Shown here: one piece after another, positions 48,701 to 60,700 of the stretch
Layout of the letters: each line of letters starts with the position of its first letter
Numbering within the stretch: position 1 is the first letter of the stretch
Origin: Mytilus californianus
Taxonomy: Eukaryota
Reading direction: 5' to 3'
Length of the DNA stretch: 64,000 bases
Assembly (NCBI RefSeq): GCF_021869535.1
Contig: NW_026262668.1
Span: forward strand, 107,260,001 to 107,324,000
Program-made: the position numbers and the translations under genes
The notes under the pieces: generated by a model
Databases searched by the model: none
The model's input: only the letters and a program-made list of their open reading frames with translations
Told to the model about the DNA's origin: nothing

Positions 48701-51700
48701 TTTTTGCACCTCATGTTTGCGGTATACCATCTTTCCCGCAAGTTGATTGTTTTCTGTTCGGTATTAAATTAATAATTAATATCCATTTTGTTACATCTGG
48801 TGATCCGTTTATTTGGCAATCGCCATGGCATTCAGCAGTGTTTAAGAACATCCGTTGTTTTACCTGCTAATCAAATGCGTTTTGTTAAAATATACTTTTT
48901 GACTTTTTTGGTATTTTGGAAAATGTTGTTTGTGCTGTATTTAGACCCCTCTACCAAGAAATTTGTTTTGCATGCACACGTATAAAAAAATGCGGTTTTT
49001 ATCCAACGCAATCATAGGTTTAAACGTTGTTTTCAATTTAGACTTGTATATATATATTTATCTTACCTCGTATAGATTTATGGGGATATGATTGGTTAAA
49101 GCACTACACGTGGTGACAATATATATTTGAAATAGGGTGTCCTAAAAAATATGGGGTTAGTTACCATATAGGGTCTGTTACCATATGGTGTTAGTAAGGA
49201 GTTACTTCCCTTTCAAAACAAAAAAGATGGCAACGAAAAAGACGCAGAAGCGTTTCGCAAGTACAATAGACGAGGAGATGACAGATAAATCTTTGGACAA
49301 TACTTTAATAGCTAACAAAAGATGTGCAAATATTCTTCGTGATTATTTGAATGAGAAAAAACAGAACTGTGCTTTTGAAACTTTTGATTGTGTGCGCCTG
49401 AACGAATCACTCTCACATTTTTATGCAGATCTACGTAAACCCGACGGTGAGCGGTATAAAGCATCATCTCTAGAGTCCATAAGACATGGATTAAACAGAT
49501 ATCTAAAATATTCACCTTAAAATAAAACGTTTGATATATTGAAAGATACTTAATTTAATGATGTCAACACCAACTTTAGAAATGTGCTGGCTGAAGTCAA
49601 ACGTTTAGGCCTTGGTGATATTGAACACCATCCAGTCATTGACGAAGTAGACCGAGAAAAACTTTACACATCCTTATATCTTTCGCCAGACACACGTACA
49701 GGACTCGCAAATAAAGTGCAGTTTGATATTAGACTCTACTTTTGTAGAAGAGGTCAAGAAAACATCCATACCACGACCAAAACAACATTTTCGGTTTAAA
49801 CAGATAGTAATACAGGCTCTAAATATGTAATCAAGACCATAGACGAGCGTACCAAAAATCACAGAGAATCTAACAAGGAAATCGTTTCAGGAGTTATGCC
49901 AGATTCACCAGGTGAGTTGTCAATTTAAAAAAAGGGGGGTATAAAATATTAGTTGTCCTGTATTAAATATCTTGTGCACACGATGTATAAAATCTTACTG
50001 AGCGTGTATTAAAAATCTTGTAAACATCATGTATAAAATCTTACTGACCATGTACACCATGTATATAATCTTACTGCCTGTGTATTAAAACACCTGTTCT
50101 CACAATCATGACCATGTATAAAATCTTAATGACCGTGTATACTAAATCTTGTACACACTATGTATAAAATCTTCCTGACCTAGTATTAAAAATCTTGTAC
50201 GCACCATAAATAAAACCTTACTGGCCGTGTATTGAAAGTCTTGAACACACATGTATATCTTACTGACCGTGTATTAAATTCTTGTACACATCATGTATTA
50301 AATCTTACTGACCATGTATAGAAAATTTTGTACATACCATGTATAAAATCTTACTGACCATGTATTAAAAATCTTGTACACACCATGTATTAAATCTTAC
50401 TGACCATGTATTAAAAATCTTGTACATACCATGTATGAAACTTACTGGCCGTGTATCAAAAATCTTCTGCACTCCATGTATTAAGTTGTACTGACGTGTA
50501 TTAAAAATCTTGTACACACCATGTATAACATCTTACTGACCATATATTATTAGTTAATAATTCATTTATATTTTGGGTTCAGTGTACTGTCATGTTGCCT
50601 CTTACAAAAAGTATATTTGTCATTTAAATCCAGAATGTGATAGATTATGGCAGAAACCATTGGATACCTTTGAAATGGAATGTGATGTTTGATATGCTAA
50701 TATGCCAATTGGAGAAAAGAAACTGGGCGTGTTTATGTCAGACCTAATTAAGAAGTGTAAGTTATAAAAATCACTCAATACATGCAACTGGAGCAACTGG
50801 GTTAACGAAAAATATGTACGGATCTGCTTAAATTATGGCTGTAACAGGACACAAATCAGTACAATCTCTAACAACATATCAGAGAGTTGATACGGATTAC
50901 AAAATAAGGATGGGTAAAAACAATTTCAGAAAATCTTGTGAAAGATCCTGTTGTAAAGCAAAAGGCATTACCCTCTACGACTTCACTTGCCTTACCCTTT
51001 ACAGATAGGGCAAACATTCCTGCTGAAACTGTAATTCAGGATCTTGTACCAGTAAATAATAACAATAAACAAGTCATACATATAGTTCATGACAATAGTA
51101 CAAGTAGGGAAGACTTTATGGACTATTTACAAGATATCGACCTTAATGATATTTTGGGAGATTTTGATGGTAACTCACATGGACCAAATCAAACTAAAGA
51201 ACCCAATATGCAGTCAAGAAATCAGATATTTTCTGGAAATGTTACTGTAATACATAACCTAACAATTCACAAATAGAGTTGCAAAGATGTACATCATTGT
51301 ACATTGGCAGATATTACAGTTGTCAGCTGCAGACTGTTTATTATACATATTGTTTTGAAATGAATACATACATTTTTCATCATTTTCTTGTTATACACAA
51401 ACAGATGTGTTACAGATACTGACTATTTTATTATTGATTATTGAAATTATTATCTAAATTTGAGATATCAAGGTTCTGTGATATATATTAAATTGTTATA
51501 TTTGATATTTGTTTTTAATATAGACCACATCACATCCACAGGAGGTAAGATAAATTTGTTACACGGTGTGCTAGTGACATAATACGAGATATACGGGGTC
51601 AGTAAATTCCATATGGGTCTCGAGCTGCGCTCTCGTCCCATATTAAATTTACTGACCCCGTATATCTCGTATTAGCTCACTAACACACCATGTAACTAAT

Positions 51701-54700
51701 AATGTATACATAATTACTCTAAATATCAGCACAACAATGTTAAATCTGCAAATTTGCGGAAGCAAAATTTTGTTCTTCCCTCGCCGGTCACGAACTCATG
51801 CTATTTAGATATCGTGACAACACCGCCTGCACAGTATCCAGCGCTCTAGACCACTCGGCCACCTAGACTGAACTAAAAATTCAGGTTTCGGTGGCTTAGT
51901 GTTACCTTTCCTCGTCAGCAGAATCTAGAGTTGTAACACAGTACATGATATATTAGGCATGAAGATGGAATTGATTGCAGATTAGCTAAATTATCTATCA
52001 TAAAGGATCGTACGATGCTGTCACAGAAATAATTATAGATAAGTACGTCTAAACAAGTGACAACTCTACGACAGATCCATCCATTGGATCATCAGTGAAG
52101 TTGATACACGGCTGAAAACACATATTATATTCATAACTACTCTAAATATCAGCACAACAATGTTAAATCTGCAAATTTGCGAAAGCAAATGTTTGTTCTC
52201 CCCTTGCCGGGATTCGAACTCGTATATATATACAGAAAGAGAGGGCAATTGGTCTCTTTACATGAGCTGCACTGCTGTCATGTTGCCCTATATATATGTT
52301 ACAAATAGGATCAACTAATCAAGATGGCTACTTGTCTGCCTGCTAGTGTGCTAGCTTTACCACTGGCTGTAGAATTAGCATTTCAGCGAGGTGAGTTTTA
52401 GATACGTCAAAGGCCTGGAAATTTTAATGGAGTATAGAGCGACATGGCAACTGACAAATCTGCCATAAAGGACTCAAAAGGTTGTGGTGAAATCAGTGGT
52501 ATACAATGTCAAAAGCCAGCCCTAATGAGATGGTCACTTACTCGACATGTGCTTGCAGACTTTACGTCAGAAATGAAAACCAGGTATTGTTGCATCAATG
52601 GCAAAAGCGTTGAGCATGATGAAGTAAAGCAAACAGCTTTGACTCGAGATGAAGAACAAGTTCAGAAAATTGAAAACCATGTTCTTTTCTTTGGTTCTAT
52701 TCCTCGGTCAACGTTAAAAATATTCGAGGACCTAACGAATAAAACAAAATTAAAATGTAGAACAGGAGAAATTTTGAATCTTCACATTAATTTTTTACTC
52801 GAGTTCCGTCGAGCATTGGTGTTAGCGAATAGTCGAGATGACGTCACTGTTGAAAAGGTTTTGTCATTTCCGATTAGTCCGATCCCTACATTTTCCGATA
52901 GCACACACTAGTTAAAACATTTACTAAATTTTATCATCGGTACAAGGACATCATTCGTAAATATAATTCAACATGCAGACATCTTATACGTTCAGGTTTT
53001 TCACATCCAATATTTTATTGTGATATTCTTTACAAAGGACAAAAAAATGTCGGCATTCACCTCAAAAGCTAACCAAACCTTTAAATAGACTTATTCGGAA
53101 GGGACATAGTTACGATACTGTTGTCAGGTCATTAAGGATTGCATATTTTGGTATTAATATTGATTCACTCATAGGGTCTTTGCATCGGAAATAAACACAT
53201 TTAATTCTAAAACCAGTTGTTGGCATGATACGGGTTATGTTTTTCTCATATAGTTTATGATGGTATGATACTAAACCCCTAACGGGAGGGATTGTACTTT
53301 ATTTTCATATGATGAAGACATAATCTTTCAATCAGTTTAATTGAGGCCTGGAGCTGGCATGTCAGTAACTGCTAGTAGTCCTTTGTTAATTTATGTATCA
53401 TTGTCGTTTTGCTTAGTTTCTTTTGTTACCTATTCTGACATCGGACTCGGACTTCTTTTAAACTGAGTTTTACTGTGCGTATTGCTATGTGTTTCTTTAT
53501 TCTACATTGGCTAGAGGTATAGGGGGAGGGTTGAGATCTCACATAACATGTTTAACCCCGCCGCATTTTTGCGCCTGTCCCAAGTTAGGAGCCTCTGGCC
53601 TTTGTTAATCTTGTTTTTTTTTTAAATTTTAGTTCATTTATATGTTTTTTTTAGTTTAGTGTGACGTCCATTTTCACTGAACTAGTACACAATTTTATTT
53701 ACGGGCCTGCTGAGGACCACCTCCGGGTGCGAGAATTTCTCGCTGCATTGAAGACCCATTGGGGGCCTTCGGTTGTTGTCTGCTCTTTGGTCGGGTTGTT
53801 GTCTCTTTGACATATTCCCCATTTCCATTCTCAATTTTATCCCTTTTTCATGATGATGGAACCATGAGAAAATCATGTAAAGCCGATCATTGCCATCAAC
53901 TCGAGAACGAGACATCGTATTTCCACTATCTCCCTGAGTTTGATAAACCGCTTACTGTTTAGATTAGGGATGATATGTTTCTTATCCGGTGTATCAATGC
54001 TAAAAAAATGAAAAGTTTTGGTGACCTGGGGACAGAAATCGTCCAATCTCAGCTCCGCTGTTATTCATGGGCTACTTCCGATGTTGAGTTCTTGGACAGA
54101 TACAAAATATGACGTCCAACTTTGTATCCAGACAGCAGAACGGAACCGAAGATCAAACTAAACACCAAAGGTCTTCCAATTAATTGAAGGTCGCTCCCTG
54201 TCAGACTGGAAAAAGTTTTTATCTTCCAACGAAAATAAGCAAACATTGCTCAGTTTCTTGGGAATATAATTGTTTGTAACCACCAAAAGAAACCTAATAC
54301 ACTAGCAAATAATAGTGAACTTACTTTAGGCGGATTTTTTTCCAATCCTCAAATCGAAAACGCATTTGTGCTAAAACTGTCATTGACTGCTTCGAGCTTT
54401 ACAGTACGCATGGGGAACTGATACGCGTATGATTGTACACGCCATGTATGCCGATAGACAGTTTGGAAGTTGTAGCTGTAAAGGAAGGATCATAGTGAAA
54501 TCCCCTGGCACGGATTTTTAAGTTCTTTGTTTCCACTATTATTCTTCCTAGAAAAACACAGAATAACTTTGGTTTGAAACAGGAACTATAACCAGCACCA
54601 AGGCGGCAGGACGTTTTATACTTATGCATGAACTAAGCAATTTTTTAAATTCCATCGTCAGTCAATGCTTGCCTGTAGTGCATGTAATTTCAGGATGTGA

Positions 54701-57700
54701 CTCCCCATCGGCAATGTTTGGTATAGGTAAAAAAAAACGGTTTTCAAAGTCCTGAAACAGGTTTGTAGTGATGTGTCCGATTTAGTAAACCAGGCAAACT
54801 GTGATGTAGATGAATCTCTTTCAGGTCCAAGAAAGCTCGTGGCTGTTTCGTGATCAAAAGAGTAAATTCAAAAGCGTACACAGTGACCTCAATAAATTAC
54901 GTGTAAATCTTTCGACTACTAAAGATGCGTCTCTGGCCAAGCTTCCCCCTTGTGAATCATCATTTAGGCAACATTTGCTTAAGCACCTGTGCAGACAAGT
55001 ATATGGATGACATTACATCTTCCAATACCGCCTTTCAGATCTCCGTAAAAGTTTGAATGGATTGATAAGGATGGTTTGGACCCGGTGTTTTTCGAGAGTC
55101 AAATGTCTTCGGACTTCATACAAGACCTTGTTTGTACTTATAAAGGAAAATATGTGTGCTCAAATGAATGTGTTTGCTTTGAGCAGAACCTCTCATATAC
55201 AGACCTACGTCCATGCCAAGCAAGTGAAATGTGTGGAAACATTAAAACACGTTTTGTGATGGTTGATAGATATAAAGATGCTGAAGATCAGGCTTCAGTA
55301 TCTTTTGAAGACTGTGGTACGTTGCTAGGAAAAAAAAGAGGGTTATGGGAGTAAAACCGATCATGTTATATACATTAACCAGAGTAAAATACACAACAGT
55401 ATATAGTGCTATGGAAGCAGAAACATTCGGTGAAAAAAAGAAGCAACGAGTCGTCTATATAAACAAGAGGCTCTTAAGAGCCTGAATCGCTCACATGTAA
55501 TTTTTTGCTTAAATCTTTCATCATTGATTATTTTTGCTTTTTAATATATATTAATGAGTGGCTTAAAAATTCCATTGAGATGTTCTTTGTATCTGTCATA
55601 TTTTCCTCAAAAGCAAAGAAATACATTTTACCCATATGTTCCATTTTAGCCAAAGTGGCTATGTTTCTTGACGTTCAAGAAAATAAAATACAAAATTTAT
55701 ACTAGATACTCTGAAACTCATTCAGCCCAAGTTTGGCTGAAATTGATTCAGCAGTTTCAAAGGAGAAGATTTTTTAAAGTAAGCAAACTAGATGAACAAA
55801 TTGTGAAAAATTGTCTTTAAAGGGCAATAACTCCTAAAGGCCACATTTGACAATTTTGGTCATATTAACTTATTTGTAGATCTTACTTTGCTGAACATTT
55901 TTGTTGTTCACAGTTTATATTCAAGATAATAACCAAAAACTGCAAAATTCCTTAAAATTACCAATTTAGTGGCAGCAACCCAACAATGAACTGTTAGATT
56001 CGTCTGAAAATATCATGGTTGATAGAACTTGGCCTAATGAACATTTTAACCTCTCATCAGATTTGCTCTAATTGCTTAAGTATTTGAGATATATTAGCCA
56101 AAAACTGCATTTTACCCCTATGTTCTATTTCAGCCATGGTGGCCATGTTTTTTGACGAAACAAAAACAAAAAAAAAACATTATTCTGGATACCATAAGGA
56201 TCATTCAGCTTAAGTTTGGTTGGAATTGGTTCAGTGGTTTTAGAGGAGAAGATTTTTTAAACTTAGAAAACATGATAAACAAATTGTGTAAAATTGCCCT
56301 TAAAGGACAATAACTCTTTAAGGGGTCAATTGACAATTTTAATCATACAAACTTATTTGTAGATCTTACTTTGCTGAACATATTTGCTGTTTACAGTTTA
56401 TCTTTATCATTAATACTATTCAAGATAATAACCAAAAACTGCAAAATTTCCTTAAAATTACCTATTTAGTGGCAGCAACCCAACAATGGGTTATTAGATT
56501 CATCTGAAAATTTCAGGGCTGATATAACTTCACCTAATGAACACTTTTACCGCGTGTCAGATTTGTTCTTACTCCTTTGTTTTTTTAGATATAAGCCAAA
56601 AACTGCATTTTAACCTATGTTCTATTTTTAGCCATGGTGGCCATGTTTTTTGACGAAACAGAAAATAAAACACATACTTTATTTTAGATACCCAAAGGAT
56701 CATTCAGTTTAAATTTGGTTGGAATTGGTTCAGTGGTTTCAGAGAGGAAGATTTTATAAAGTAAGAAAACATGATAAACAAATTGTGTAAAATTGTCCTT
56801 AAAGGGCAATAACTCTTTAAGGGGTCAATTGACAATTTTGGTCATATAAACTTATTTGAAGATCTTACTTTGCTGAACATATTTTCTGTTTACAGTTGAT
56901 CTTTATCATTTATACTATTCAAGATAAAAACCAAAAAATAAAAAAGTAAAAATGCAGGAATTGATGGAACAATGTGATAACTGTCCAAATATGAGAAAAT
57001 AAAGGGTGTCAGGTAGGTGAAACTTGCATAAATGAAGAAATAAATGAAAAATGAACAAACTGAGGCCCGATTTATATGGATCCAAGGCCGTCAATCGGCT
57101 CCAGAAGCAACGAAGCGGCGCATCAATTTTGGACGGGCAAATATCCACTTTTTGATATGGGACGAGCTTTGACGTCCCACGGCCCCAGCTTGACTGGCAA
57201 AACTGCCGTTGGACGTCAGAGTAATCTCGGACTATAAACCGTTTATGGGTTGAAAACTGGATTTTTAAAGTTTTGTTTATAAAACGTTGTTTTGGGGATT
57301 GTTTGAGAAAAATATCTATGATTAAGGTTTATGAATAAAAAATAATCCGGATGTAAAATAAGCGTTGAAACACAGAAAAAAATATTGAACTTTTTTTTGA
57401 GACCGTAATTGGCGAAATGCGCATCTGATAAAAAAAAAATTGAGACCGTTCAAGTTACTGCAGTCATCATTGACATTACAATGAGTCCTTGAAAAAGTCG
57501 CAATTTGACATTGCTTTGCAGGATAGACCAACTAAATTAGTGAATTTTTGTAGTAACTTTTTGATTTCATACTTTTTCTGCAATTCTTTCATTCATTACT
57601 TTTATCTTCATGGTTTATTATAGCATATATATATATAAGGCTAAAACCATATATTAACTGTGGCAGTAATAACTCATCAAACGCTTTTAAGCATCGGAAG

Positions 57701-60700
57701 CAGAAATATATTTTCCTTTTTTGCGTATCTTTGAAGCGCCTTCAGTTCTTAAAACTTAGAAACTTTCGCTGGGCATACTACAGTGAGTTCTTTTCTTAGA
57801 CCAAACACCGATAGGACTGTATACATTTTTCGGTTAAATCAGTCTAACATTTGACCTGAATCGAAAGACAACCATGTGATGAATCATATTATGATGTACA
57901 GAAATTGCTATTTCCAGCGGCAAGTATGAATATAATATATATTTTCATGAAAAAAGAATTCGAAGTGTATTTGCTCAAGATTTGTAGTTTTTGTTTATAA
58001 GAGCATAGTTCCTGATACTTAATAGCAGATGCAACAGACTCTCTTCATTCAAGTCCGAAATTGGCAAATTAGTGTTTTCATTGACACAATCGCCTTTTGT
58101 TCCACCAGTGCATTGGAAGCGTCATCCGTATTATCATACTAGCATTCAATGAAAAAGTTATATAAACACTTAGTATGAAAGGTCGATTATGTTGCTAAAT
58201 TGTCATCATCAACTTTCACATCGTTACATTTTTGCTAATTTATTTGAAATTTCAATCATTGGGTCTTCGCGAACATTCTCCTTTATAAGGAACTCTGCAA
58301 AACTGTAGAATGACTAAATTTGAATATTTTCTCGGATTCAGCTGTCAACTCAAAATTGCATTCTAAATGAAATTCGTAACGAGTCCGTTTTTGTGAAGAA
58401 GTGTCATTTCCGTGTTTATCTAAGTCATGCATTATCCAGTTTGAGGTTGCCATTTCGGATGAATGATTTTTAAATGACTACAATAATGTTTTTACCAAGT
58501 GAACTCGTAATCCTTACATTAAAAGTTAACAGTCACCCGTAGTGCACCCTAAATGCAAACTTTGTTTTCAGCTTGGGTAATTAAATTCTTATTGTAAAAC
58601 CTGTGTAAACACTGGACATTACGTAAACATTAATTTTAAATTGGGAATTGAAAGGTTTTGACAGAGTTTGTTGCAATACACATTTGGTGTCTGGACTACA
58701 AAAGAACTCGGTATTCGGTGCTGAATATATAAATAAGTATCTTTCTGAGATTGATTTTTTTTAAATTGAATTCGTACATTAAAAAATTATTTTCCTTTCC
58801 TAAAATGCTAAATTCATTTCTCTCAAACGCAATGGCTTATCTTTCAGTTATTATTACTTAAACTTACACCATACTAGATATGCAATCTGTGCCCCAGAAT
58901 ATTGTAAACTTGATGCCTAAAAGTAAATAATTAACAGTATGAAATGAGATGTATTATAAATACCATAGAACAATACCAAATTTTTTAACTTTAAGCTCAA
59001 GTCTTAAGAATTGAACCACATTAGATATAAGGTAAGGCTGTTTTCACTGAGGAGCCCTTTTCGCTGTTCAACTGCAAACTTGATTCTCAGTTGTCGTATT
59101 GTTTTTCATTATTCTAGTATATTTTATTTAGACGAGTTATCATCTTGCTTATTTGGAACCTTGACAATCAATTTGAAGATGCAGAGACTTTTTCTTTTTT
59201 CTAAACAAAGAGGCCTTCGTTTTATCAATCCAAATGCAATATTTTGCTATCTTTAGTCGATTGGAGTTTCCATCATTAGATAATTCCAATAGTTTAAAAC
59301 AAGAAGAAAACAGTTGCTTAAATAAATTATAATAGAGCTTAGTCCAATTTTCGTTCAACGACGTGTCCATTACCATAAATTCAGACTATAAACTTCTACT
59401 AAATGCTAGTTGGCATTGCTAATATGGTTTCTTACTAAAATCTCGGTAAATGTTGGAAAAAGCTTATCGATGAAAGCACCATTTTGGTAAAACTGAATGC
59501 ATTTTTTATAGTCCAAAGCGACAATTAAAAAAAGGGTACTAGATTTCAAACCACCTGTAATGGACATCTTATAAAATCACAGAGTAGTATTGAATATTTA
59601 GGTATTGACAAATACCAAACATTTCCCGGTGAAATCGGAAGCCTTGAAAAACAGTTTGCGGTAAGAACAAAACCAGACTGTTTGTTTTATCAAAAGTATT
59701 GACCCAAAAATTACTATTGAATTACAGGCTTCCTTCTTGGGACAAGAAGACAAGAAATGCGACGAGGTTAAACATCTTTGTGAACGATCAACCCTCTTTT
59801 TTGATATTTCTAGTTAAACCATGTTCCCGCTTATGCTTGATATTTTTTTTTACCTTAAAATATCCATATTAGGCTGATGCTTGTAAAGAAACCTATCGAA
59901 AATAAGCTGTATGGCTTCCATATGTAATCCTTTAGTATTGCGTTGGGATATTGAAGTTTTAATAATCAAACGACATGTTATGCTTTACTTTTAATTAAGT
60001 AAATAAACTCATCATAGAAAACAGGCTTAAAAATGTTTAAGCCAGAAGCTCGTTTCGTCTTAATGACTCATACGTGAAGCTTGAATTAAAAAGTTAAAAC
60101 TGAACGAATTATTTTTATCACCTGTTTAAAGTGTTGATATGTTTAACTTTAATATATTTTTCCTTTCACCGTTATGCCGCTTTGAAGTATGTATATATCT
60201 GTTTTATTATTTTGTATTTTTATTTATTTAGTGGAGTATGTGATATCTTAACAGCAGTTTGGACCTGAACGAGTCCCTAAATGAAGATCTGGAGGAAAAT
60301 AAAAAAAAAATGCTTTCCTCAATGCTCTTCAACTTCGTACTTTATTTTGGCCTTGTGACTTTTTTAATCGAGCATCACCGATGACGCGCGTCTGTCGTAC
60401 AAAATTACAAGCCTTGTATCTTTGGTGAGTTTTTTTTTCAATAGTTTCCAAGAATTGGTTTGAAAACTAAATCTATTGAATGACAAAAGATTTGAGGAAT
60501 GTAAATTGATTGCTTTTTAAAATCTTCATGCTTTGCATTATAAATCCGAGACATTTGTGTTTTATTTGACCTTTTTCATGCTTACAGATAAAATTGGAGA
60601 AAAGGCCAACAACTCAAATTGTCAAGTTGTACAATATGTCTTATCAAAATGGAACCACAACAACAATAACCATGACAAAGGATAATTGTTTCCCCCAAAC

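Noticed and set aside
49958-50545. Regularly spaced repeats as a CRISPR array
   Set aside because: Units are contiguous degenerate copies with no unique spacers; they lie in a eukaryotic transposon intron and there are no cas genes.
51858-51939. HDV-like ribozyme on the strand opposite the tRNA head (CUUUCCUCGUCAG resembles L3; GUGUUAC/GUAACAC resembles P2)
   Set aside because: No P4 and no catalytic C in the J4/2-equivalent segment (AGUU/GGUU); P2 is perfect in only one of three copies. Kept only as an alternative to test.
59149-59376. 75-aa - strand ORF
   Set aside because: No motif I can assign; may be decayed transposon sequence.
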